A stretch of 63,645 nucleotides of DNA from an uncultured Deinococcales bacterium (GTDB taxonomy: Bacteria; Deinococcota; Deinococci; Deinococcales; JAAFIG01), in assembly GCA_964247135.1 (NCBI GenBank), contig CAXTTL010000005.1, forward strand, positions 1-63,645, in the 5' to 3' direction. The translations under genes were made by a program, and so were the position numbers. Positions 19,678 through 28,828 of this stretch are shown one piece after another (within the stretch, counting starts at the first letter, position 1; each line of letters starts with the position of its first letter). The notes under the pieces were generated by a model. It ran no database searches. It had not been told where the DNA came from and saw only the letters and a program-made list of their open reading frames with translations.

Positions 19678-20286
19678 ATGAAACAATATCCATCCATTCC
19701 CAACGCTGGGAAGGAAATTTTTAACGCATACATTTTTGACAAACTCGACGGTTCAAATCTCAGGTTTGAGTGGGATAAAAAACTCGGTTGGCATAAGTTT
19801 GGCACGCGCCATCAACTGCTGCTCGAGACACATCCAACGTTTGGTATTGCCATTGAAATGTTCTTAAACACCCTTGCCAGTCCACTTGAGCACATTGCCA
19901 GACAAAAAGCTTGGGGCAATTTCACGGTGTTCTGCGAATTCTGGGGAAAGCAAAGCTTTGCGGGATTTCACGAAGCCGATGACCCCAAAAACTTGAGTTT
20001 GATTGACATTCAAGTTTACAAACGCGGTCTGATCGAACCCCAAGAATTTCTTGACCTTTTCTCGAGCCTTGAGACCCCACGATTTTTGGGAATTCACCGT
20101 TGGGACACGGATTTTTTGCAGCACGTGAAATCAAACAAACTCGAAGGGATCACATTTGAAGGTGTGATTGGCAAGCAAGGCAGTGGACATCAACGCCTAA
20201 TGCAAAAAGCCAAAACACAACTTTGGTTGGATCGTGTTCTGACAAAATTTGATGCCACTCAAGCGGCGGCAATTCTGAACAGTTAA
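19678..20286 (+). CDS. Minimal ATP-dependent polynucleotide (RNA) ligase-like nucleotidyltransferase
   Basis: Motif I DKLDGSN, III CEFWG, IIIa LIDI, IV FEGVIGK, V QKAK; AGGAG RBS. Confidence 0.65.
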   Translation: MKQYPSIPNAGKEIFNAYIFDKLDGSNLRFEWDKKLGWHKFGTRHQLLLETHPTFGIAIEMFLNTLASPLEHIARQKAWGNFTVFCEFWGKQSFAGFHEADDPKNLSLIDIQVYKRGLIEPQEFLDLFSSLETPRFLGIHRWDTDFLQHVKSNKLEGITFEGVIGKQGSGHQRLMQKAKTQLWLDRVLTKFDATQAAAILNS

Positions 20287-20335
20287 ACGAATGCTGCTCG
20301 AGATCAATGCCTTCAGTTTGATCTCGAGCTTCAAA

Positions 20336-21445
20336 TCAGTGAACGCCGCCTTCGGTCATGCTTGCCGCCGAGTTGATCGCAAATCGCACGTTCTTGCGAA
20401 ACTCTTGCAAATTGCTCGAGTTGACGTAGGTCATGGCGCTTTGCAAACCCTCCCGAAGTCGTGTGACGGCTTCCCCAGCGTTTTGATGGAAGGCATGAAG
20501 CGTCTGACTCGAGCCTTCAATAAAATTGCGTTTTTCGGTGACAAGGGTGCTTGCCATACCGAACAAATGCACGCCAACCAACTTGCCGCCCTCGAGCATC
20601 AACACTTCATCTTCAAAACTGCCCGAGGCAAAGAATTTGCCCATCATGACGCCCTCGGAGTAGACCAGCGCTTTGACGAAATCGCCCGCCGCGTTGACGC
20701 CACCATCCGAGATGAGTTGTGCATCAAAATACCCAAGTTCGGCTCGAGCGGCATAAATTTGCTCAAGCACGGTCAGTTGCCCCACGCCGACCCCCGTGTT
20801 GATGCGGGTGGTGCAGACCGAACCAGGACCGACGCCGACCTTGATCACAAAGTTTTGAAAACCAGAGAGTTTCATCAACCAGTACGCGAAAACAAAACCC
20901 TCCACGCTGCCGACATTGCCCAAAATGATGCCTTGTTTCACGCCCAACGCCCGAATGCGCTCGAGCAACGGCAAGACCGCGACGTTCGCACCGTGTGCAA
21001 TATCAATGCTGGCAAACGCCAGATTGGGTTCTTGAAAAACGGCTTTTAAAAAATCGTCGGTTTCATTGATGCCGAGTGCCACGCCGACCAAGGCGGGCGC
21101 ACTCGAGCGAACATCCTCGAGCCTTCCAGCGTCTGACAGTCCCACCCGAGGGAGAATATGAACCCCGCCGCGACCTTCTTCCCAGACATCTCGCGCAAAC
21201 CTGGAACGCATGAACGACATGCTTGCGCCAAAGGCGGGGAACAGCTCGAGGTCAGAATGCACGCCATGAAAGGCTTGACTGACGTTGACGCCCGTTCTGG
21301 AAAGCGCACGCGATAAAAACGTTGGCACGATGGCTTTGTCGGCGAAGGTGTAATACACCTGGCTGTGATCGAATTGATAACGGCTGAGCGCCTCCTCGGT
21401 GCGGGCAATCACTTCTGAAGTCAGGTCAAGTTTGGGTGTGGTCAT
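20336..21445 (-). CDS. IMP dehydrogenase / GMP reductase family protein (no CBS domain)
   Basis: IDIAHG, GNV, KVGVGPGSVCTTR, SDGG, GMAS. TACACT lies 6 nt before the ATG. Confidence 0.85.
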   Translation of the reverse strand: MTTPKLDLTSEVIARTEEALSRYQFDHSQVYYTFADKAIVPTFLSRALSRTGVNVSQAFHGVHSDLELFPAFGASMSFMRSRFARDVWEEGRGGVHILPRVGLSDAGRLEDVRSSAPALVGVALGINETDDFLKAVFQEPNLAFASIDIAHGANVAVLPLLERIRALGVKQGIILGNVGSVEGFVFAYWLMKLSGFQNFVIKVGVGPGSVCTTRINTGVGVGQLTVLEQIYAARAELGYFDAQLISDGGVNAAGDFVKALVYSEGVMMGKFFASGSFEDEVLMLEGGKLVGVHLFGMASTLVTEKRNFIEGSSQTLHAFHQNAGEAVTRLREGLQSAMTYVNSSNLQEFRKNVRFAINSAASMTEGGVH

Positions 21446-21495
21446 GCCTCGAGTGTAGCGCAAAATCAATATTCAAACCGTTACCTCGAGAAACG

Positions 21496-21528
21496 AAAAT
21501 GGACTCGAGGTAACCCCGAATCCATTTT
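21496..21528 (-). terminator. Intrinsic terminator downstream of the lipoprotein gene
   Basis: Minus strand AAAATGGATTCGGGG-TTA-CCTCGAGTCCATTTT then CGTTT. Confidence 0.6.
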
Positions 21529-21543
21529 TGAAAGCTCGAGGGT

Positions 21544-22422
21544 TTAGTTGCTGGTAAAGCTTTTGGTCACGGTTGGTGCGGTGCCGCAAGCGTTGAAGGT
21601 GATTTCGATAAAGCCATCACCGCTGTTGTTTGCCAGTGTGCCGCGCACTTTGCCGCCAACAAGTTTCAGGGCATCGGTGCAGGCGGGGTCGTATTGCAAT
21701 GGGCTGATGGTCGAGACGGTGTAGGTGCGGCTCTTGCCGTCGCGGCTGAAACTCCAATTGCCCGAGACGGAAGCCGTTCCCGCTGGGAGGGGTTGACCCA
21801 TGACAATCGAACCTGGCGTGCTGGCGTTAAACACGTAGTTCCAGAGGTTGGTGATGGTTGCGGTGGGTTCGTCGGTCACGCTGCGGGTCACGGTGATGTT
21901 ATGGCTTTGCACGACCTGATCGGCTGTTTTGCGCGGGCTGCGGCTGCCCTTGCGGACTTCGGTCACGGTCTTGCCCGTGATGTTGTTGGTGCGGCTTTCG
22001 GTCAGGTCGGCGGTCGCATCAAAGCCCCAAACGCCAGCCACACTCGAGGGATCGGTCACGAGCAAGGTCCCTTTTTTGCTCGAGGAATACAGAGGCTCGG
22101 TTTTGGAGCAATCGAAGGTGTAGGTTGCCGTGTCTGGCACGCCGTCGCCGTCGGTGTCAACCAACGGTGAAGGGGTTACAGTTACGCAGGCGGGGCGAGT
22201 GCGGAGGCTCGAGGATGCGCCCTGACCAAAGCTGAGGGTATTCACGGCGTTTTCGACCGTCACCAGACTGCTCGAGCTGACCAATTCGTCAGACATGGCG
22301 CTGGCGGTGGCGTTCACTTCGGCGCTGCTTGGGTTGTTGGCAATTTGCGAACCACCAGCGTTACAGGCAGCCATCATCGCGGCGAGGGTCAGAACGGCTC
22401 CGAGTTTGATCACGTTTTTCAT
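21544..22422 (-). CDS. Hypothetical lipoprotein (paralog 1) with DxDGDG Ca-binding-like motif
   Basis: Lipobox MAAC, DTDGDGVPD, Cys pattern shared with paralog 2. Confidence 0.8.
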   Translation of the reverse strand: MKNVIKLGAVLTLAAMMAACNAGGSQIANNPSSAEVNATASAMSDELVSSSSLVTVENAVNTLSFGQGASSSLRTRPACVTVTPSPLVDTDGDGVPDTATYTFDCSKTEPLYSSSKKGTLLVTDPSSVAGVWGFDATADLTESRTNNITGKTVTEVRKGSRSPRKTADQVVQSHNITVTRSVTDEPTATITNLWNYVFNASTPGSIVMGQPLPAGTASVSGNWSFSRDGKSRTYTVSTISPLQYDPACTDALKLVGGKVRGTLANNSGDGFIEITFNACGTAPTVTKSFTSN

Positions 22423-22496
22423 GGTTAATTCCTTTCACTGGACAAGCCAGCCGTGCAAGGTTTTGAGGCTCGAGATGTTCAAACCTCTTGGAATAA

Positions 22497-22564
22497 ACTT
22501 TAGAAAATCAGGCGTTCCAAGATCGTTCCAAACAAAAGCTCGAGCGTACAAATTTGCGTTCCAA
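22497..22564 (-). promoter_or_regulatory. Putative SARP/BTAD operator-promoter: TTGGAACG direct repeats plus -10 TAAAGT
   Basis: CGTTCCAA at 22513, 22524 and 22557 (multiples of 11 bp); the -10 box is 10 nt from the last repeat. Confidence 0.7.
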
Positions 22565-22612
22565 ACAAAAAACCTCCCAGAACGTGAGGTCAAGATTTCT
22601 AACCCGAGAAGC

Positions 22613-23521
22613 TTAAAAAACCCGAGATACCACAGGGTCTGTGCCGCAAGCCTGGAAGACGATCTTCACTTCGGTTTTTGGTGTGGTCAGGCGCAACTCG
22701 CCGCCGACAATGCGTTGAGCATCACAACTTGGAGCGTAAACCAATGGCACTTGGGTTGAAGTGGTAAAGACTCGAGCATTTTTATTGCTAACCGTGAATT
22801 CGTTGCTGCCAGTCAGCGTAAACGTCCCTGCAGGAAGCGGCTGATTCAGGTCAATCGTGCCGGCTCCAGAAACTTGATAGGCAAACGCCATCTTATTGAC
22901 CAAAGTCACTTTCTGACGCAAAGCCACCTGACGAACCAACGTGATGTTATGGGTTTTTGTCAGCGAAGTGTTTCCAGCTTGCGCGACTTCCCTGGTGCCA
23001 TCTCGAGTCTCGGTAAATTTTGGTTTAAACGCTGGGTCACGCACATATTTTAAAGCGGTAATGGTCTCGCGGTAACTGTGGTCTGAGACGTTGGGGCTGG
23101 TGTCCTCGAGCTTGATTTGACCGCCAAGCGTTTCTGTGCCACCACCACGAATGGCGGGAACAGTTTGAATGCATTTGGTTTCATCAAAAATATACGTGAG
23201 GCTGTCGGGAACGCCGTCAGCATCAGAATCCGTGGTTGAACCGACAATGGTCAGGCAACCTGCGGCTAAGGCTCGAGTTTGAACGGAACGGGTTTGAAGT
23301 TCGGAGACTGGAATGCTCAGTCCTCCAGCTCCTGTGATTGCATCGGAAATGCTGGTGCTCGAGGCAGCATTTTCGGTTTCGCTGATGACCGTACCACCTA
23401 AATCTTGTAGATCGTCGTTGCTGAGATCATCTGTACTGTTGTTCTGGTTGCAGGCGCTAAAACTTAAAACAAGTCCACACAAAAGAGCGGCACTGAGATT
23501 TGATTTGAGTAATTTTTTCAT
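22613..23521 (-). CDS. Hypothetical lipoprotein (paralog 2)
   Basis: Lipobox FSAC and DSDADGVPD. Shares QPLPAGT, PLxYxPxC, VGG and FxACGT with paralog 1. Confidence 0.8.
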   Translation of the reverse strand: MKKLLKSNLSAALLCGLVLSFSACNQNNSTDDLSNDDLQDLGGTVISETENAASSTSISDAITGAGGLSIPVSELQTRSVQTRALAAGCLTIVGSTTDSDADGVPDSLTYIFDETKCIQTVPAIRGGGTETLGGQIKLEDTSPNVSDHSYRETITALKYVRDPAFKPKFTETRDGTREVAQAGNTSLTKTHNITLVRQVALRQKVTLVNKMAFAYQVSGAGTIDLNQPLPAGTFTLTGSNEFTVSNKNARVFTTSTQVPLVYAPSCDAQRIVGGELRLTTPKTEVKIVFQACGTDPVVSRVF

Positions 23522-23537
23522 AACAACTCCTTAAAAT

Positions 23538-23732
23538 TTAACGTAAGCCACGGGAATTATCGGTATGACTGAAAGCTTTTAAATACTGCACCAATTCGCA
23601 AAGATCATCAAAACGGATGTGTTTGTTAGGTTCTGGACCTTCTAAAACAACGCGCCATTTTTGATCGCTGACCGAGTGCTTCATGCGGAGTTGAAAAACA
23701 ATTTCGGGCGGTGAGTTTTGGGATTTCGTCAT
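23538..23732 (-). CDS. Small hypothetical protein (64 aa) next to the BTAD regulator
   Basis: AGGAG RBS and an operator-bearing promoter; FQLRM..WRVVLEGP..RFDDLCELVQYL. Confidence 0.65.
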   Translation of the reverse strand: MTKSQNSPPEIVFQLRMKHSVSDQKWRVVLEGPEPNKHIRFDDLCELVQYLKAFSHTDNSRGLR

Positions 23733-23752
23733 GCCATTTTCTCCTAGTTAAT

Positions 23753-23787
23753 ACCCTAGGGGTAGCAGCGTTCCAAAAACGTTCCAA
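23753..23787 (-). promoter_or_regulatory. Putative SARP/BTAD operator-promoter: TTGGAACG x2 plus -10 TAGGGT
   Basis: CGTTCCAA at 23769 and 23780 (11-bp period), with the same 10-nt spacing to the -10 box as at 22513. Confidence 0.7.
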
Positions 23788-23802
23788 GACTTGAATTGAC
23801 CC

Positions 23803-26800
23803 TCAAACACCTGCATACAATTCGAGAAAAGACTGTTGCAGTTGAGGCTCTGACTCGAGACTTTGAGTCAATTCGTTGCGGTATTTTGTTAGGCTTGACT
23901 CTGCTTTCTGCGCCAAATGATCTTGTTGAAGAAACATATACGCTTTTTTCATGACAACCAGCAATTGAAAAGCCTCAAGTTTTGGGATTCTACTTGAATT
24001 GAAGAACGCATTTGTGGTTTGTAATTGCCGCCTTAGAACATCCGTGTTGATTGGCTGAGTTAATTCCGCTTGGAGTTGGATGCTTCGAGCACGCGCTTCG
24101 AGCCAAGTAGGAGCAGAAAAATCAGCAAGTGTTTGTAGAGCAACCACAATATTTCCAATTTCGATTTGCACTTGTACCAAAGTGATGACGAACATCAAAC
24201 GATGCTCAACGGGGGCTTGTTCAAGCGAATTTTTGATTTTTTCAAGCCTTATCAATGCCAATTTAGGTTCTTTATTTAGAAGTTCAGCTCGTGCTTGAAG
24301 GGTTTCAAATAGCAGCAAAAAAGCAGTCAATCCAGTTTCTTGAATCAAACTCGAGGTTTTATCAAGATGAACTCGTGCCTGTTCTATAGCCCCAAGATCG
24401 AGGTATGCGTCTGAGATAAATAACCGTTGAAGTACCTGTTGAATTGGTAATCCAAGTTCGTCACTTAACTTAAGTCCAGTTTGAGCGATTTTTAGTGCTT
24501 CTCCAAACTGTCCGATACGTCTTTTAATCTGAGCCAGCATGGTGGTGAATTGGCTTTCTCGAGCCAGTATTTTCCCGCGTGAAAGCTCTAACCCTTCAAG
24601 CACAACTTGTTCAGCAAGTTCAAAGTATCCAGTTTGAATCAGTTCTCCCGCTTGAATGACCAAAACAAAAGCCAATACCCGTTCAAACCGCATCTCCCTG
24701 GCTTGTTTTACCGCCCTCTCGAGCATTTCAAGCGCTTCTTCCGACTGTCCCATCGCGCCGAGCATCTGCCCAATTTGTGCCAGCATGGTGATTTCCGAAT
24801 CGTGCTTGCCAATTTTTTGGTACGCCGTGTGTGATGCTTGAGCGTGTTCAAGCGCTTTGGGCAGGTTTCCTTGTTGTCGGTACACTTCTTTTAAAACGCT
24901 GTGAAGTTCGCCGTACATTTCGGTGCTGGGTTGCGTCTCGAGTTTCAAACCATCCAACAAGCGCGTTTCGGCGTCACTCAAACGTCCACAGCCGACCAGT
25001 GCCGTGCCGCCCAACAGCAGGCTTTCGGCGGCGTACTTGCCGGTTGCGCCCGTCAGCTTGTGGGCGTGTTCGGCTTGCTCGAGGGCTTGGGCGTACTGTC
25101 CACGGTAAATGCCGTGTCGGGCGAGCATTAACCGTGCTTCAGCTTCGAGTTTGCTGTCTGTTGCCGCCAGTTCGAGCATGGCGGTGGCGTGTTGCTCGAG
25201 TCCGTCAAGGTTCATCAGGGTCAACTCGAGTTCGGACAGGGCTTTGTGAACCTTGAAGGCGGTTTGAGGGTCGGGTTGAAGCTCGAGGGCGCGACGGTAT
25301 TGCGCTCGAGCTTCGTAATGTGCGAACACGGCTTGGGCGGCTTGGGCAGCTTTGATCCGCCAGGCGACGGCTTCTTGTCCTCGACCTCCACCCTCGAGAT
25401 GCTCAGCAACCTGGGCTGGGTTGCTGTTTTCTTGCGCCAGGTTGTGCGCGAATTTGCGGTGAATCAAACGGCTGCGTTCAGTGCTGAGGGTGTTCTTTAA
25501 GGTTCGGCGCGTCAGGTCATGCCCGAAACGATACCCAGCGCCTTCAGAAACCAAAACGGTGGCTTGAATCGCACGCTCGAGGCTTTCGAGGTTCTCCCAT
25601 TCAGACAGCGCGGTTGCCCCCTCGAGCCAGTTGGCTTCAAAGGGTTCAAACGCAAGGCTGGCTGCCTCGAGCAGTCGCGTGCAGGCGGGTCCAAGCCGCT
25701 CGAGTCTGGTCAGCACCAGGTCGCGGACGTTTTGTGGGATCGGCAGTTCGGTGTAATCCTCGGTGGCGGTGTCAAATGGGCTGGTCCAAGTGCCGTCATC
25801 GTTTTGTTGCAGCATTTGATTCTCGAACAACCCGCGCAGCGTCTCGAGGGCGAACAAGGCATTGCCGCCGGTGGCTTGATGGAGTCGCTGGCTGAACAAT
25901 TGGGCGCGTCCGCCAGAGAGCGCCTGCACGAGGCTCAGCATGTCGCTTTGATTGAAACTGGGCAACTCGAGTTGAGATAGCAAACCGTCGCGCTCGAGGC
26001 TGGTCAACACGGTTTTGGCTTCTTTGTTGTCATTTAACTCGAGCATCCGGGCGCTGGCGATGATGCGAATTTGGTTGGCGGCGCGACGAATCAGATGGGC
26101 GATCAACTCGAGGCTGGAGGCGTCAAACCAGTGCAAATCATCCAGAATTAAAATATCGCCAGGTTGCAATGCCGCCAGCATCACACGGGACAAACCTTCA
26201 ATCAGTCGTGCGCGTCCTTCGCTCGAGGGTAAGGCGCTGCTGTCGCGCCCAGCGTCGAACTCTGGCACGAGTCGCGCCGCCTCGCGTTTCCAAACTGATT
26301 CGAGGCTGTCGGGGTTGAAGCGACCCGTCTCGAGCAACCAGCGCAACGTTTCGGCGACGGGATAAAACGGTGTGCTGGCGGCGCTTTCAAAGCCGCGCAA
26401 GGTCAGGGTTTGACCGTGCATTTTGGCAAAATCTTCGATCAAACGGGTTTTACCGATGCCCGCCTCGCCTTTGACCAACGCCAAACCTTGCGTTTTGACC
26501 TCGAGCCAAGCCCATTCGTCGTCGCGCCCAATGAACGGTGGACGGTGCAAAGCAGGCGTCCGAACGGTGGCGGAAATTGGCTCGAGTTCGGGTTGGGCGG
26601 CGTTGCTGGTTTCGATGTTTTTCAAGAGCGCCAAGGTTTCGGGCAGGGGTTTTAAGCCCAGTTCTTGCTCCAAGGTACTCTCCAAAATCTCATAGCGTGC
26701 CAGCGCAGGGGCGCGTTCACCCAAACGCCAGTGCAGCCGCATGATCTCGCGGTGAAAGGATTCTTGAAGCGGGTCAGTCTCGAGCAATTTCAGACGCGTC

Positions 26801-27306
26801 TCGAGGGCTGCGCGTAAATCACCCAATGCCTCGAGTTTGACGGCTCGAGCGATCAGCAAACGCGCAAACCTGTTTTTGAACGACTCGCGTTTCGCTTCCA
26901 GCCAATCTTCAAAGGCACCCGCGCCAGAAATCTCGACACCCGTTAAAAAATCACCGTTGTACGCCTCGAGCGCCAGTTCATCTTCAGCCTCGAGAAACAC
27001 GTTTACATCCAGTTGCACGTTTTTGATCGCCAAGCTTGAAGCGCTGACCTCGAGAAAATCGCGCAGTGCCGTCTCGCGCAACCTGAAAACCTCTTTACGC
27101 AAATTGTTCCGTGCGGCGTTCTCATCCATGTCCGACCAGAGCAAATCTGCCAGTTTGGAACGCGAGGTTGTGCCCTCGAGCGCCAGAAATGCCAGCAAAC
27201 CCAGGGCTTTGCGGGTGGCAAGGTTTAGCTCCGAACCATTCACCCGTACATGCGCCAGCCCGAGCAGTGAAAGCTCAAAGCTTGAAATGAGAACAGGTTC
27301 TGGCAT
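23803..27306 (-). CDS. SARP-type transcriptional activator (wHTH-BTAD-AAA ATPase-TPR)
   Basis: RKALGLLAFLAL..SRSKLADLLW..NLRKEV; BTAD DPLQESFHREIMRL; Walker A GEAGIGKT; LDDLHWFD; TPR-like C-terminus. ATG 27306 preferred. Confidence 0.9.
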   Translation of the reverse strand: MPEPVLISSFELSLLGLAHVRVNGSELNLATRKALGLLAFLALEGTTSRSKLADLLWSDMDENAARNNLRKEVFRLRETALRDFLEVSASSLAIKNVQLDVNVFLEAEDELALEAYNGDFLTGVEISGAGAFEDWLEAKRESFKNRFARLLIARAVKLEALGDLRAALETRLKLLETDPLQESFHREIMRLHWRLGERAPALARYEILESTLEQELGLKPLPETLALLKNIETSNAAQPELEPISATVRTPALHRPPFIGRDDEWAWLEVKTQGLALVKGEAGIGKTRLIEDFAKMHGQTLTLRGFESAASTPFYPVAETLRWLLETGRFNPDSLESVWKREAARLVPEFDAGRDSSALPSSEGRARLIEGLSRVMLAALQPGDILILDDLHWFDASSLELIAHLIRRAANQIRIIASARMLELNDNKEAKTVLTSLERDGLLSQLELPSFNQSDMLSLVQALSGGRAQLFSQRLHQATGGNALFALETLRGLFENQMLQQNDDGTWTSPFDTATEDYTELPIPQNVRDLVLTRLERLGPACTRLLEAASLAFEPFEANWLEGATALSEWENLESLERAIQATVLVSEGAGYRFGHDLTRRTLKNTLSTERSRLIHRKFAHNLAQENSNPAQVAEHLEGGGRGQEAVAWRIKAAQAAQAVFAHYEARAQYRRALELQPDPQTAFKVHKALSELELTLMNLDGLEQHATAMLELAATDSKLEAEARLMLARHGIYRGQYAQALEQAEHAHKLTGATGKYAAESLLLGGTALVGCGRLSDAETRLLDGLKLETQPSTEMYGELHSVLKEVYRQQGNLPKALEHAQASHTAYQKIGKHDSEITMLAQIGQMLGAMGQSEEALEMLERAVKQAREMRFERVLAFVLVIQAGELIQTGYFELAEQVVLEGLELSRGKILARESQFTTMLAQIKRRIGQFGEALKIAQTGLKLSDELGLPIQQVLQRLFISDAYLDLGAIEQARVHLDKTSSLIQETGLTAFLLLFETLQARAELLNKEPKLALIRLEKIKNSLEQAPVEHRLMFVITLVQVQIEIGNIVVALQTLADFSAPTWLEARARSIQLQAELTQPINTDVLRRQLQTTNAFFNSSRIPKLEAFQLLVVMKKAYMFLQQDHLAQKAESSLTKYRNELTQSLESEPQLQQSFLELYAGV

Positions 27307-27503
27307 CAGAAATCCAAATGAGCTTACCAAAACTGGCTTGTGGAATCTGAGCATTGGACTTTTGATGCTCGAGAAACACGTTTTGTTCCAGCGTTTTGCT
27401 GTGATGTGATGAATACCAGATGCTCGAGGATTGTGTTGATGAAAGCAACTTTTCAAACCCCAACGTAAGAATTCCGTGATACCCAAAAGCCCATACTTCA
27501 ACA

Positions 27504-28823
27504 ATGCACTTTCACCCACCAAAGCCAGTGTTGCTTCACCAAGTCAGCGCGGTGGCTTGCCTTAGCCTGATGGTGCTTTTGGGGGGTTGCAACACCGCAA
27601 AAATGATCGTTGCCCCAACCGTTGAAACGATCCCTTTAACCACAGCATACCCAAATCCAGACGTGATTGGCACGGTCACGCTACAAAATGCTGACACGAT
27701 TGCCAGCCTGGAAAAACGTTTGAACGGCACAGTGGTCAACTGGCAACCGAGCCAGCAATACGCCGTGCTGGGTTTTACACAGGCTGCGGCAAAAAACTTG
27801 CCAACGGACGTTCAAACTGAAACCAACATCACCTCATTTGTCGGTGGTGGAAGCCCTGCGGTCATGGACGGACGCTCGGGCATGTGGGCATTTGGACGTA
27901 GTGGGATGTGGGCATTTGGACAAACTGCAATGTGGGCTGAAGGTGTGTATCAAGCCGTGCCTGAGAATACACAACTTTGGGAACAAGTGCATTTGCAGGC
28001 AGGTCAAGCGCTTGCTGCAAACCTCGGTAAAGGCGTTAAAGTAGCAATTATCGACACTGGAATTGACCTCAAGCACTCAGCTTTTTCGGGCATTTTAGCC
28101 CCAGCAAATGAACAATGGGATTTTGTCGGCAACGATACCGTGCCCCAAGAAGAAGGCACAATGGGCATGGGCGGTTATGGACACGGAACCAACGTGGCGG
28201 GAATTGTTCGTCAAATTGCACCTAAAGCAACCATCTTGCCGATTCGGGTGCTGGATGCTGCCGGGCAAGGACGGGTTCTTGATGTGGCTGCCGCCATCGA
28301 ATGGGCAATTAAAAAAGGGGCGAACATCATCAACCTCAGCCTCGGTACTTCACAATATTCGTCAATTATTAACAATGCCATCAACCACGCCAACAACTTT
28401 GGAATTTTTGTGATTTCGTCCGCTGGCAACGACAATAGTTCCAGTGTCAGTTTCCCAGGCAACCGTGCTTACGAACGGATTGAACGGGTCAGCGTTGGCA
28501 GTGTCGAATCCAACGATCACCGCTCGAGTTATTCCAATTACGGCTGGCAAGTCGAAGTTGCCGCCCCAGGCAGCATGGTTTATGGACCCGCCCCAGAAAA
28601 TCAACTGGCAGCTTGGTCGGGCACTTCTCAAGCCGCTCCCATGATCTCGGGAGCTTTGGCATTGGCGTTGGGCGAAAAACTCAAACCCACCATCAACAGA
28701 ATCAGCTTGCTCGAAGAGCTTATGAATCACAGTGCGCTGGTGTTGCAAACACCAATCTATCAGCAACTTGGTCGGGGACGACTGGATGTTGAAGCCTTCT
28801 TAAACTGGGTGGTGTTTCGTTAG
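27504..28823 (+). CDS. S8 (subtilisin-like) serine peptidase, lipoprotein
   Basis: Lipobox LLGGC; triad IIDTG, HGTNVAG, SGTSQAAP; oxyanion AGND. Confidence 0.93.
   Translation: MHFHPPKPVLLHQVSAVACLSLMVLLGGCNTAKMIVAPTVETIPLTTAYPNPDVIGTVTLQNADTIASLEKRLNGTVVNWQPSQQYAVLGFTQAAAKNLPTDVQTETNITSFVGGGSPAVMDGRSGMWAFGRSGMWAFGQTAMWAEGVYQAVPENTQLWEQVHLQAGQALAANLGKGVKVAIIDTGIDLKHSAFSGILAPANEQWDFVGNDTVPQEEGTMGMGGYGHGTNVAGIVRQIAPKATILPIRVLDAAGQGRVLDVAAAIEWAIKKGANIINLSLGTSQYSSIINNAINHANNFGIFVISSAGNDNSSSVSFPGNRAYERIERVSVGSVESNDHRSSYSNYGWQVEVAAPGSMVYGPAPENQLAAWSGTSQAAPMISGALALALGEKLKPTINRISLLEELMNHSALVLQTPIYQQLGRGRLDVEAFLNWVVFR
27870..27941 (+). repeat. 3 x 24-nt coding repeat GRSGMWAF/GRSGMWAF/GQTAMWAE in the S8 protease
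   Basis: Read directly in DNA and protein, just upstream of the catalytic domain. Confidence 0.85.
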
Positions 28824-28828
28824 CACCC

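Noticed and set aside
27307-27522. Extended start of the BTAD regulator overlapping the S8 gene
   Set aside because: It would overlap the divergent gene and leave no promoter space. The recognisable domain begins after ATG 27306.
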